64,000 nt of DNA from a virus (Duplodnaviria; Caudoviricetes): the IMG/VR virus record IMGVR_UViG_3300023119_000004. One strand, 5' to 3'. Under the pieces are notes generated by a model, which worked only from the letters and a program-made list of their open reading frames with translations, did no database searches and had not been told where the DNA came from. Position 1 is the first letter of the stretch. Each line of letters opens with the position of its first letter. This document shows, in pieces, positions 47,169 to 56,597 of this stretch. The position numbers and the translations under genes were made by a program.

Positions 47169-47963
47169 TCAACCTATTTTTACATAATTGATCATTGTTT
47201 CGGGGTATTTGGTAATAAAGTTTTTACCGTGGCCTTTTACTTTGCCTTTTATTTTGAACGTAGTATCTACTTTTGGCAGTTGCTTAGTTTGATCAAAGTT
47301 TTTAAAGAAACTGACAAGGTTACCATCAAGTGATCCATTTAATACATGGCAACCGAAACGTTCTACAAAACGAATTTCATTAAGTGTAAACATACCAAAC
47401 ACTTGTTCACCAATACGCCCAATGTGTTTACTTTCACTAAAGTCGTTTTTAATCTTTTTCTTTAGTTCTTTCTTTTCGAAACTATCAAAATATACTTTTG
47501 GAAGAACTGCTACAACACCAAAGTCGGAACGTTTCAAAGTACTTTTAGTAATAGATTCAAGTAGTGACTTCATAAAGTCGTTTAACGAATCAGCAATTAC
47601 GGCAAATGCGTTTTCTTTGTGCAAATACTCTACACTTTTACGAGCATTCTCACGGTCTTCATCAATTACTGTAATAGGCTGGAAGTCCGGAGGGTTCATA
47701 CCGTACGGTGCTAATTGGCATAACATTGATTCTTTATTAGAGAAAAGTGTAGGATTGTCTTCTGAAAACCTACGTGTATCTCTATAATAGCCACCGTTGT
47801 GTCGATGTGTTGCAAATGCAACAGACAATACTTCTAGAGTATCGTATTCTTTTTTCTTTGTATTCGCCACGGGTTTTACCTTGCCTTCGTTTCTAAGTTC
47901 AAATGCTAGTTCTTGTGTTTTGAACTCTTTCTTTGTCATATCGCCTATCATTAGAAGCCTCAT
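47169..47963 (-). CDS. Hypothetical protein with C-terminal OB-fold-like region
   Basis: SKHIGRIGEQ...IKGKVKGH...ETMINYVK; early promoter upstream. Confidence 0.55.
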   Translation of the reverse strand: MRLLMIGDMTKKEFKTQELAFELRNEGKVKPVANTKKKEYDTLEVLSVAFATHRHNGGYYRDTRRFSEDNPTLFSNKESMLCQLAPYGMNPPDFQPITVIDEDRENARKSVEYLHKENAFAVIADSLNDFMKSLLESITKSTLKRSDFGVVAVLPKVYFDSFEKKELKKKIKNDFSESKHIGRIGEQVFGMFTLNEIRFVERFGCHVLNGSLDGNLVSFFKNFDQTKQLPKVDTTFKIKGKVKGHGKNFITKYPETMINYVKIG

Positions 47964-47983
47964 TACCTAAGTGTTATAGTGTT

Positions 47984-48012
47984 ATAATAACACAAAGTAT
48001 TATATTTGTCAA
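47984..48012 (-). promoter_or_regulatory. Sigma70-type early promoter TTGACA-17-TATTAT
   Basis: Hexamers upstream of 47169..47963. Confidence 0.8.
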
Positions 48013-48023
48013 CCAAAAAAATA

Positions 48024-48590
48024 TTAAAATATGTGATCTGCAATACCTAAATCAACCATTTGTTTGGCTGTGTAATATTGATCACTTGGGTTCTTAATAA
48101 ATTTGTTACGTACTTCTTGGATTGTCATTCCGCTGGCATCTTTTAATATTTGTAAACAACGCATTTCACAGTTTTGGTTTTCTTTCATCTGTGCTTTCAT
48201 GTCGTGTACTTTGGCTTCCATTGAGTCGGAATGTTGATGATTCATTGAACCTGCATTTTTACCAACATAACGCTCACCCTGTTTGCCACTAGCAAAAATT
48301 AAAAAGCCAGCACTCATAACAGCACCAATACCGATAGTGCTAATGTTATGATAACTGTTCTTCATTACATCAATCAAAGCAAATGCTTCGTATAGGTCTC
48401 CGCCATATGTGTTAATGTAAAGTTTAAGGGTACGTTTTGGTTTCTTGTTTAAGTTTGCAGAAAGAATCCATTTGATTGCTTCACCTACATTTTCACTAGC
48501 AATGTCGCCGTGCAGATAATGGATATCACTGTCCAACAGACTTTTATCAATGGCGTCACTTGCAGTCCAATTATCGTATTTTGTAGGCAT
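48024..48590 (-). CDS. clpP: ClpP-family serine protease
   Basis: YINTYGG, GAVMSAG (Ser), MNHQ (His), DQYYTA (Asp), GIADHI. Confidence 0.85.
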   Translation of the reverse strand: MPTKYDNWTASDAIDKSLLDSDIHYLHGDIASENVGEAIKWILSANLNKKPKRTLKLYINTYGGDLYEAFALIDVMKNSYHNISTIGIGAVMSAGFLIFASGKQGERYVGKNAGSMNHQHSDSMEAKVHDMKAQMKENQNCEMRCLQILKDASGMTIQEVRNKFIKNPSDQYYTAKQMVDLGIADHIF

Positions 48591-48616
48591 ATTTTATTCT
48601 ATTAGTTATGTACGTA

Positions 48617-48624
48617 TATTTATT
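48617..48624 (-). promoter_or_regulatory. T4-late-like promoter AATAAATA
   Basis: Upstream of clpP. Confidence 0.6.
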
Positions 48625-49096
48625 CGATTGCCCAGGCTTTGTGACCAAGATCGTTTTGCTCGGCCCATCTAACAAATAGGCCTATTTCACGACCCATTGC
48701 TTCAATTTCCCATGGATAATCCCAGTAACTCATTTTGTCACGGTTGTATTCTACTCCGTCAAATTTAACATATTGACGTCCTTTCATCAGATCCTTCATT
48801 TGACCTGTTGCGAACTGTTTGACGTGTACCATTTCGTGACACACTGATTCTAGTGCTTTACGTAGTGGTTGTGATTTGTCAATTTCTATAGTAAATTCCT
48901 TAGGACGAGTATTATCATCTTCCCACATACAAGTACCGCACTCGTTGTGTTTTTCATACATATCTTTTGTGTATCGTACTGTAACTTCTAGTGAGTTTGT
49001 CATTCGCTTAGACATAAGCATATATGCACAGAAATGAACTAGGCTTTCTGTGTATTTCTTTTGACTGCGATTAGCATTTACTACGGTAACTTGCAC
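48620..49096 (-). CDS. HEXXH zinc metallopeptidase-like protein
   Basis: CHEMVHVKQ, YWDYPWEIEA. Confidence 0.8.
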   Translation of the reverse strand: MQVTVVNANRSQKKYTESLVHFCAYMLMSKRMTNSLEVTVRYTKDMYEKHNECGTCMWEDDNTRPKEFTIEIDKSQPLRKALESVCHEMVHVKQFATGQMKDLMKGRQYVKFDGVEYNRDKMSYWDYPWEIEAMGREIGLFVRWAEQNDLGHKAWAIE

Positions 49097-49098
49097 TA

Positions 49099-49293
49099 TT
49101 ACTTTTCCTCTTGTTTAGTGTATGCACTTCTGTCTTGTGAAACCAGATAACAATCGGCTTGTATCTGTGCAATTAGATTATCAATTTCTAAATTTGAACC
49201 CTTGACTGCACCATATTTTAGTTCTCTTAATCTGTCGGCATCTTTTTTAATACCATCAATCTTGTCGCACATTTGGCTAATTTTATGAAGCAT
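49099..49293 (-). CDS. Hypothetical helical protein
   Basis: 64 aa, GGAGG RBS, early promoter upstream. Confidence 0.65.
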   Translation of the reverse strand: MLHKISQMCDKIDGIKKDADRLRELKYGAVKGSNLEIDNLIAQIQADCYLVSQDRSAYTKQEEK

Positions 49294-49315
49294 TGATCCC
49301 TCCTTATTTTTAAAC

Positions 49316-49351
49316 TATAAATAGTTTAACAGAACGAAAGGCAAAAGTCAA
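49316..49351. promoter_or_regulatory. Overlapping divergent promoters: late TATAAATA (+, 49316-49323) and early TTGACT-17-TAAACT (-, 49323-49351)
   Basis: Both motifs read directly in the 49294-49351 intergenic region. Confidence 0.7.
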
Positions 49352-49714
49352 GTGGAAATTTTCCTATTTTTAATGATAAAACACGCTATTGTTGACCTTG
49401 GTTTTCAACCATTTGGTCTCGGTAGTTCCAAAAAATATTATTTTGGTTGGCCCGCTCACAAACAACATTATGTCCCACACGGACTCTTAACCGTGCTTGT
49501 AATGGCGTCTTACACGCACATAAACGTCGCTGTAGCGTTGGGAATACTAGATTATATACTACACTGGCATACAGACTTTACTAAGACTAAAATACGTAAT
49601 TATTTTGAATGGACTAGCAAAGACAGACAGTTTTGGATTTTGAATGCTGTAGATCAAATACTACACTTTACTGGATACTATATAATTGTGTTGATTGCTA
49701 CTTCACAAATTTAA
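49352..49714 (+). CDS. DUF3307-like His-rich membrane protein
   Basis: KHAIVD, H...H, HWHTD, DQILH motifs in TM helices. Confidence 0.75.
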   Translation: MEIFLFLMIKHAIVDLGFQPFGLGSSKKYYFGWPAHKQHYVPHGLLTVLVMASYTHINVAVALGILDYILHWHTDFTKTKIRNYFEWTSKDRQFWILNAVDQILHFTGYYIIVLIATSQI

Positions 49715-51065
49715 ACGCAAACTTACCGCCAATACGTGAACTATAATAATTCTTAGAACCATCTAGTGCAACAGTACCTTGGAAGTTTGGAGGGTAAACA
49801 GCCTGGAAGCCAGTTACACGAATGTCGTCACCCTTCTTACCAACTTTGGTATAAAGTTGTATAATACTTGCTGTGTTTAATAATGAAATTGCTTCTGTAG
49901 AAAATTTTGGATTTTCGTTTACCTTGAGTGCAACCTTTTTAGCCAACGCACTTGTGATAGCATATCCGGTATTAAACCCTTGAACAGTCATATCAAAGTT
50001 AACACCTTCAACCATTTTAGTTGCTTCGTCACTCATGTTTTCAAAGTCTTGTTTACCTTGCTTCATATACTCGTCTGCTTCTTTTCTTAGTGCAGGAGTT
50101 GATAACTGAAACTTTTCGCCTAAATCAAAAGGTGCTTCTTTTGCACTCTTAGTTGCAATAGTTGTAACTATGTCTGCAACAAACTTTGTATTTGACATTA
50201 GTTCGGCATTGTCTTTGTTCTTTTGTAAAGAGTCATACAAGTTCTTTGCACTAGCAGATGCACCAGCGCCACCTTTAGAACTAATACCAATCTCTTTGCC
50301 GTCTGGAGCAAGGAACACGCTATCGACTAAGTTGTAGTTCATTGCCATAGGCCAAAAGATATTAAGGTCTTTCCAGTTAGCGCCACCGGCTAACTCTTGT
50401 CTTGCCTGTTCGGCGTCACCTTGTACAAGGCCACCCATCATAGCAACCGGACCCATAATTTCACCAAAGTAATCTCTAATAGATTCTAGTTTTTCAATCT
50501 GCCCTGGGAACTCAGGCATTTGTCCATTAGATGCTGATTCAAGTGCAGTTACAAGAACTTCACCTTCCTGGCCAGCATTAGTTCTTACAGTTTGAATAAT
50601 CTGTTCTGGACCTTTAAATTTGTTTTGAGATTTAATTAGTGTTTGTGGATCTAAACCAGTATCAATCTTTAACGCACCCTTGGTACCTAATTTCCAACCT
50701 GATGGAATTTGACTGTTACCCCAAACACCCATTAGGTCTGCACCTACTTGTCTAAGATATCTACCCCAGTAAATGTCTTTACCATCGCTAGTTCTAATCT
50801 GTGCAATACCAAATGCTAGTGTTCCTGCGTTAGCAGTATTAACCCATTCAATTTTAGCATTGTTATTTTTTTCAAACTCTGCAATGGCTTCGTCACGTTC
50901 TTCTGCTGTAGCAAATTTACCACCTTGTGAAAGATCTGGAATTGCAATCGCTTGTACGAACTCTGCCTTTTCGCCATTGTCGTGGATATATGGCTCTCCA
51001 GGTTTACGCCCGAAAATGCCTTTAGACTCTATTACTTGTGTTTGTTTAAATTCGAAAAACCTCAT
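49698..51065 (-). CDS. Hypothetical late protein (possible internal head protein)
   Basis: MRFFEF N-terminus; CATAAATA late motif at 51074-51081. Confidence 0.55.
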   Translation of the reverse strand: MRFFEFKQTQVIESKGIFGRKPGEPYIHDNGEKAEFVQAIAIPDLSQGGKFATAEERDEAIAEFEKNNNAKIEWVNTANAGTLAFGIAQIRTSDGKDIYWGRYLRQVGADLMGVWGNSQIPSGWKLGTKGALKIDTGLDPQTLIKSQNKFKGPEQIIQTVRTNAGQEGEVLVTALESASNGQMPEFPGQIEKLESIRDYFGEIMGPVAMMGGLVQGDAEQARQELAGGANWKDLNIFWPMAMNYNLVDSVFLAPDGKEIGISSKGGAGASASAKNLYDSLQKNKDNAELMSNTKFVADIVTTIATKSAKEAPFDLGEKFQLSTPALRKEADEYMKQGKQDFENMSDEATKMVEGVNFDMTVQGFNTGYAITSALAKKVALKVNENPKFSTEAISLLNTASIIQLYTKVGKKGDDIRVTGFQAVYPPNFQGTVALDGSKNYYSSRIGGKFAFKFVK

Positions 51066-51076
51066 AGCACTAGTAT

Positions 51077-51772
51077 TTATGCTATTTTTGGAAATAATGC
51101 GTTAGTGCAGAATTCGTCAACATCTGCTTCATTAAGTCCTAATGACTTCATAACTCTAGGTGTATGTGGATTTTGTTGCTGGTTATGGCAGTAGTAGTTT
51201 TGAGCACCTGCTGTAATATCTACACTAGCATTGCCTGTATACTCAGGAACACTATCAAACCATACACGCAGGTTTTCTAAAGCAAGATCTACAATAGCAG
51301 TTGCTTCTTCTTCTGTGCGAACATTACCTGCGGCAACCATTCCTGGTGAAAAGATGTTCTGTGCCCATTCGGGTAGTTCACGTTGTTTACTAGGAATAAA
51401 ATCTTTAACAGCATCTAAGTACCATTCTACAAGAGGATGTTCTTCACCGCCTGAACTTGCTGAAAAATCATGAAATGCACCTGTCATTTTATTCTTACCT
51501 GCAATAACATCAAAGCCGTAAATAGGACCATCATTTGATAACACAGGAAAACAACATACGTGCATCATCCACAGTCCGTGCGAGTCTCTTGCGTCTACAA
51601 CATCAATGTGTGCTCTGCGTACATGATCATTTGCCCATACTCTGTTGATCCAACCGTTCTCAGGCTGATTAAATTTGTTTAATCCTTTTTCTTCTATTTC
51701 AGTGGCTTTCTCATCAAAGATGTTTAATATTTCATTTTGGCATTCAATTAGTTTATCCCAAATGACACTCAT
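51077..51772 (-). CDS. pcyX: Ferredoxin-dependent bilin reductase, PcyX type
   Basis: NRVW, RRAHID, LWMMHVC.FP, GFDVIAG, AFHDFS, YCHNQQQNPHT; start at ATG 51772 gives an ATGA overlap with the halogenase stop. Confidence 0.88.
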   Translation of the reverse strand: MSVIWDKLIECQNEILNIFDEKATEIEEKGLNKFNQPENGWINRVWANDHVRRAHIDVVDARDSHGLWMMHVCCFPVLSNDGPIYGFDVIAGKNKMTGAFHDFSASSGGEEHPLVEWYLDAVKDFIPSKQRELPEWAQNIFSPGMVAAGNVRTEEEATAIVDLALENLRVWFDSVPEYTGNASVDITAGAQNYYCHNQQQNPHTPRVMKSLGLNEADVDEFCTNALFPKIA

Positions 51773-53289
51773 GATCTGTTTCCCCAATCTCTATTATACA
51801 TACCAGGTGTTGTCCAATCAACATCGTCTTTGTTCATCTTTTCTAAAAGTTCCATGGCTTTGTCTTTTTCTAATCCTGGTGATGCTGTTTTAATTCCTGT
51901 TGTGTTAAGCCATAGTTTCCAATTCATCTCAGCAAAGATTTCTGTATTACGGGGGAAAAACTGATAGTCATCGTCCCACATAACTGTAGGTGTATAGTTA
52001 TGTTTAAAGTTTGTTGCAATCTCTGTAAGTTTATCTGTTTCCTTAAAGTTTTTATAAACGTGTTCCCAAAACTTACCTTTACGTGGATTATTAAAATAAT
52101 GTAGTGCTACAAAGTTCATAGTATCTTCATAGACTGCTGTCATATCTTCGTTAAACTTTAATCTATCTTCTTCAGTATAACTTAGTTTTTCTAAAACTTT
52201 TAGGCCACTAGCACCAATTGTAAGTAATGCAAGTCCTGTTGATTCTAACGGTTCAATAAATCCACTAGCAAGTCCTACACTAAAACAGTTGCCTCTCCAG
52301 TTGTTTGCATTATATTCTGGCTTGAAAGGAACATGATTAAACTGTCCTGTTCTTAGTCTGTGTTCACCCCAATGCTGTACAAAGAAATCTTCTGCTTCTT
52401 GTTTAGTGGTAAGTTCACTGTTGTAACATAGTCCACTACCAATACGATCTTTAACAGGTGTTTTCCAAATCCAACCTAGGTCACACGCCTGTGCAGTAAC
52501 GTATGGAAGTTGTACTTCATCTTCTGTTTCGTAATCTATTTGACTTGCTACTGCGGCATTAGTAAACAGCATATGACTTCTGTCAATCCATTTACTGTCG
52601 GGCAATGCATTTGAAAGTAAACGTTTAAAGCCAGTACAGTCTACAAAAAAATCTGCTGTAACTTTTGTACCGTCATCTAATGTTACATATTCAATAACAC
52701 CATCAGTAACCTTTGGAGCATCAATGTGTTTTTGAATATGTGTTAGTCTTGGATACTTCTTATTAAGATAATCAGATAAGAAGTTTGCTAGTTTAACAGC
52801 ATCTAAATGATATCCTACATGAGCAGTACCACCGCAAGGTGTTGTGTTATTTGGAATCTTTTTATCTACAACAGAAACTTTATGCCAAGCAATATATTTT
52901 TCTAATTCAACCTCATTAATGCCGCCGTCACGAGCAAGGTCAATGCTATCAAGTGTTCCGTGTTCTGTATGTGTTACAGGAAAAAAGAATGGTTGCCAAA
53001 TGTTAATGCCGTCGCCCTTCCAGTTTGGAAAGTAAGTCCCTGTTTTAATAGTTGCGTCACAAGCCTTTGTCCATAGTTCTCTAGGAATATTACAATCGTC
53101 TAAAAAATGATCAAACCCTAAAATAGTTGCTTCACCTACGCCAACAATAGGAACATTAGGACTTTCAATAAGTGTGATTTGTGTTTCGGGTAAGTTTGAT
53201 AATGCATAAGCGGCCGTAAGCCAACCAGCACTTCCTCCACCTACAATACAAATGGACCTAGCACGGCTACGACCTACTACTTCAGTCAT
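51769..53289 (-). CDS. Flavin-dependent halogenase (PrnA/tryptophan halogenase family)
   Basis: GGGSAGW, VGVGEAT, ATIKTG (catalytic Lys), GWIWKTP, GFIEPLESTG. Confidence 0.9.
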   Translation of the reverse strand: MTEVVGRSRARSICIVGGGSAGWLTAAYALSNLPETQITLIESPNVPIVGVGEATILGFDHFLDDCNIPRELWTKACDATIKTGTYFPNWKGDGINIWQPFFFPVTHTEHGTLDSIDLARDGGINEVELEKYIAWHKVSVVDKKIPNNTTPCGGTAHVGYHLDAVKLANFLSDYLNKKYPRLTHIQKHIDAPKVTDGVIEYVTLDDGTKVTADFFVDCTGFKRLLSNALPDSKWIDRSHMLFTNAAVASQIDYETEDEVQLPYVTAQACDLGWIWKTPVKDRIGSGLCYNSELTTKQEAEDFFVQHWGEHRLRTGQFNHVPFKPEYNANNWRGNCFSVGLASGFIEPLESTGLALLTIGASGLKVLEKLSYTEEDRLKFNEDMTAVYEDTMNFVALHYFNNPRKGKFWEHVYKNFKETDKLTEIATNFKHNYTPTVMWDDDYQFFPRNTEIFAEMNWKLWLNTTGIKTASPGLEKDKAMELLEKMNKDDVDWTTPGMYNRDWGNRS

Positions 53290-53821
53290 TATCGACCTCC
53301 ATCATTTCTTTGAATGTTTCTGTAGCAAAGTCAAAACATATCTTTGCTTCTTCAGCCATATCATCGTTCAACTGTTCTCTTATGGCTGTTTTCAGTTCGT
53401 CAACAGGAGCATCAAATTGATACAATCTTCCTTCTCCTGGAATTTTCTTTTTAATCATTTGTCCACCGCTTAGGTCACCCATGTGTCTAACATATACGTG
53501 AGCCATGACTTTATCTGGATCTCCCATAATTGTTCTCATATGTTCTAGATACTTTTCTGTTACTTTTAAAGTTTTAGGCATTTCTTGTTTAGGCCATAAC
53601 TCTTTAAAATCATCTAGTATGCTCGGGGAACGTCTAATAGCAGGATGAGGCAATAAGCCATGTGTCATTGCTATTGCTTCTAAAATATTGTATTGAATAT
53701 GTTGATTATATAAAAATGTTGCATAAAGTTCTTTGTCAATTTTACCTGACATTAAAACTTTTACAAATGCTTGGCGTTCTGCGTTCTTATGGTGTTCCCA
53801 CGTTGCTTCTTTTAAGTTCAT
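53282..53821 (-). CDS. hemO: Heme oxygenase (phage HemO/Ho1 type)
   Basis: LKEATWEHH..AE, AHVYVRHMGDLSGGQ, EEAKICFDF. Confidence 0.92.
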   Translation of the reverse strand: MNLKEATWEHHKNAERQAFVKVLMSGKIDKELYATFLYNQHIQYNILEAIAMTHGLLPHPAIRRSPSILDDFKELWPKQEMPKTLKVTEKYLEHMRTIMGDPDKVMAHVYVRHMGDLSGGQMIKKKIPGEGRLYQFDAPVDELKTAIREQLNDDMAEEAKICFDFATETFKEMMEVDND

Positions 53822-54126
53822 TCTTTTTCCACTTTGATCTGCAATGGGAATCCGTTTGCTCTGCTCAAAGTGGTTGCTTCTACGCTTTTTTGTTCTGCAA
53901 TTTCAAATGCGTAAACGCCAACTACTGCACTTCCATCTTCATGAATTTGTAGAGTTAGATTTTTTGCTGTGTCAACAGAATGCTTAAAAGTAGTTACTAG
54001 CACATCGATCACGAAATCCATTGGTGTTTGGTCATCATTAATAAAAATAACTGAGTACCTTTCGGGCTCAGCAATTTTTATCTTAATCTTTTCGTCAATT
54101 TGTACATCCATATTATTACTTATCAT
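53818..54126 (-). CDS. clpS: ClpS N-degron adaptor
   Basis: YSVIFINDDQTPMDFV, IHEDG, AEQK, GFPL; start moved to ATG 54126 (GGAG RBS). Confidence 0.9.
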   Translation of the reverse strand: MISNNMDVQIDEKIKIKIAEPERYSVIFINDDQTPMDFVIDVLVTTFKHSVDTAKNLTLQIHEDGSAVVGVYAFEIAEQKSVEATTLSRANGFPLQIKVEKE

Positions 54127-54154
54127 TGTATGATCTCCTACCAGTAAATAATGA

Positions 54155-54176
54155 TAGTGGGGATTGCTCCCCACTA
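54155..54176 (-). terminator. Perfect 9-bp hairpin with GCAA tetraloop after hsp20 (weak U-tract)
   Basis: TAGTGGGGA-loop-TCCCCACTA. Confidence 0.6.
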
Positions 54177-54193
54177 CCGACCTTTTAAGTGTA

Positions 54194-54643
54194 TTACTTA
54201 ACTTCGATTGATCTTGCTTTTTTAGCCTCTGGAATAATTCTTTCCAAAGCAATTCTAAGCAAGCCATCTTTTAGTTCAGCACCTTGTACTACTACATCGT
54301 CTGCAATAGTAAATGATTTAGTAAAGTGCCTTTTACTAATACCTCTGTATTGTACACCATCCGCTTCATCGTCAGTTTTTGACTCTTGGATTGATTTAAC
54401 AGTTACCACACCGTCTTCGTATGATACGTCAATATCCTTTTTGCCAAAACCAGCAAGTGCTAATTCAATATCGTAAGTATAGTCGCCTGTTTTTACAATA
54501 TTGTATGGCGGATAGTTAGTGTTAAAAGTAGGTGCATTGAAGAAGTCGTCTTCAATCATTCTTTCGAATCTATCAAAGATAGGATCGAACCCTACTGATA
54601 CGGGTCTTAGTTGGTTAAAGATTGATAGTGATTTGTTTGTCAT
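54194..54643 (-). CDS. hsp20: Small heat-shock protein Hsp20 (IbpA-like)
   Basis: SVGFD, YPPYNI, LALAGF, YRGISKRHF, A.LKDGLL.I. Confidence 0.95.
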   Translation of the reverse strand: MTNKSLSIFNQLRPVSVGFDPIFDRFERMIEDDFFNAPTFNTNYPPYNIVKTGDYTYDIELALAGFGKKDIDVSYEDGVVTVKSIQESKTDDEADGVQYRGISKRHFTKSFTIADDVVVQGAELKDGLLRIALERIIPEAKKARSIEVK

Positions 54644-54713
54644 TTGTTTTCTCCTTATTAAGCAAGTTGTTTGTCATGTAAGACCTATCAAGCATCTTAC
54701 AATCTTATTTATC
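54644..54713 (-). promoter_or_regulatory. hsp20 leader: late promoter GATAAATA, covarying hairpin, ROSE-like SD-occluding hairpin
   Basis: UGUAAGA-UGCUUGAUAGG-UCUUACA then CUUGCUU-AAU-AAGGAG; same architecture as the dnaK leader. Confidence 0.7.
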
Positions 54714-56597
54714 TACCTCTTCAAACTCGGCGTCTACAACGTTTTCATCTTTCTTAGATGTTGTTTCTGCTTCTTCTGAAGTGTTAGATTCTTGTTGTGC
54801 CTTGTAAACTGCTTCACCTAACTTCATTGCCACTTGTGATAGTGCTTCTGTTTTAGATTTAATATCTTCAACATTGTCACCTTTAAGTGCTTCTTGTAAG
54901 TTAGTCTTAGCATCTTCAATTGATGTTTTAATATCTTCCGATACTTTATCACCGTGTTCTTTTAACTGTGATTCAACTGAGTGTACAAGACCGTCAGCAT
55001 TGTTTCTAGCATCTACGGCTTCTCTCTTTTGTTTGTCAGCCTCTTTATTTGCTTCTGCATCTTTGACCATTTGTTCAATTTCTGCATCACTCAAACCGCC
55101 GTCTGATTTAATAGAGATTGTTTGTTCTTTGCCTGTGCCTTTATCTTTTGCTGATACGTTAACAATACCGTTTGCGTCAATATCAAATGTTACTTCAATT
55201 TGAGGCATACCTTTTGGTGCTGGTGCAATACCTTCTAGATTAAAGAGACCAAGTTCTTTATTATCTACAGCCATTTCACGCTCACCTTGTAATACCTTAA
55301 TAGTAACTGCTGATTGATTATCTTCCGCAGTACTAAACACTTGTGATTGTTTAGTTGGGATTGTTGTATTCTTTTCAATTAGTTTAGTAGTAACACCGCC
55401 TAGTGTTTCAATACCCAATGAAAGCGGAGTAACGTCAAGTAGCAATACATCTTTAACATCACCACTTAATACACCTGCTTGAATTGCGGCACCTAGTGCT
55501 ACAACTTCATCTGGGTTAACACCTTTGTTTGGATCTTTACCAAAGAATGTTTTAACAGTTTCTTGTACCTTAGGCATACGTGTCATACCACCTACTAGTA
55601 CAACGTCTGTAATATCACCTTTGCTTACACCTGCGTCTTTAAGAGCAGTTTCACAAGGTTTAATTGAACGTTGGATTAGTTCGTCTACAAGACTTTCAAA
55701 CTTAGCACGAGTAATTTTTAAATTCAAGTGCTTAGGTCCAGAAGCATCTGCTGTAATAAATGGTAGACTGATGTCAGTTTGTGTTGTGCTTGACAATTCA
55801 ATCTTTGTTTTTTCAGCCGCTTCACGTACACGTTGTAGTGCTAGTTTGTCTGTTGAAATATCTACACCAGACTCTTTCTTAAACTCGTCTACAATGTATT
55901 GTGTAAGAACAGCATCAAAGTCTTCACCACCTAATGCTGTGTCACCGTTTGTTGAAAGTACTTCAAATACTCCGTCACCGAGGTCAAGTACTGATACGTC
56001 AAATGTACCACCACCTAAGTCATACACAACAATCTTGCCTGACTCTTTTTTATCTAGTCCGTAAGCAAGTGCCGCCGCTGTTGGTTCATTTACAATACGT
56101 AAAACTTCTAGTCCTGCAATTTTACCTGCATCTTTAGTTGCTTGACGTTGTGCATCGTTAAAGTATGCTGGTACTGTAATAACTGCTTGTGTTACAGTTG
56201 AGCCTGTATACTTTTCAGCAGTTTCTTTCATCTTGGTTAATACTTCTGCTGATACTTGTTGTGGGGAAAGTTCTTTACCTTTTGTTTCTACCCACGCATC
56301 ACCGTTCTTTGCTTCTACAATTTTGTATGGAAGCGTTTTAGCATCACGTGTGATTTCTTTTGATTTAAACTTACGTCCAATTAGACGCTTTGACGCATAG
56401 ATTGTGTTCTCTGCGTTAGTAACTGCTTGACGCTTTGCTGATACACCTACAAGTGTACCATCGTCAGTATAGGCTACAATACTAGGTGTAGTTCTATTAC
56501 CTTCTACGTTTTCAATTACTTGGGGATCTTTGCCGCTTAGTATAGCAACACATGAATTTGTGGTACCCAAATCGATACCAATAACTTTATTAGCCAT
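54705..56597 (-). CDS. dnaK: Chaperone DnaK (Hsp70)
   Basis: [44 protein letters not shown]; start at ATG 56597 after AAGGAG. Confidence 0.98.
   Translation of the reverse strand: MANKVIGIDLGTTNSCVAILSGKDPQVIENVEGNRTTPSIVAYTDDGTLVGVSAKRQAVTNAENTIYASKRLIGRKFKSKEITRDAKTLPYKIVEAKNGDAWVETKGKELSPQQVSAEVLTKMKETAEKYTGSTVTQAVITVPAYFNDAQRQATKDAGKIAGLEVLRIVNEPTAAALAYGLDKKESGKIVVYDLGGGTFDVSVLDLGDGVFEVLSTNGDTALGGEDFDAVLTQYIVDEFKKESGVDISTDKLALQRVREAAEKTKIELSSTTQTDISLPFITADASGPKHLNLKITRAKFESLVDELIQRSIKPCETALKDAGVSKGDITDVVLVGGMTRMPKVQETVKTFFGKDPNKGVNPDEVVALGAAIQAGVLSGDVKDVLLLDVTPLSLGIETLGGVTTKLIEKNTTIPTKQSQVFSTAEDNQSAVTIKVLQGEREMAVDNKELGLFNLEGIAPAPKGMPQIEVTFDIDANGIVNVSAKDKGTGKEQTISIKSDGGLSDAEIEQMVKDAEANKEADKQKREAVDARNNADGLVHSVESQLKEHGDKVSEDIKTSIEDAKTNLQEALKGDNVEDIKSKTEALSQVAMKLGEAVYKAQQESNTSEEAETTSKKDENVVDAEFEEVDK

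Noticed and set aside
53818-54267. 149-aa ClpS as called in the track
   Set aside because: The extension overlaps hsp20 and the hairpin; the RBS supports ATG 54126. Similar over-long starts were trimmed for dnaK, guaC, pcyX, 30168, 32484, 44955 and 59740.
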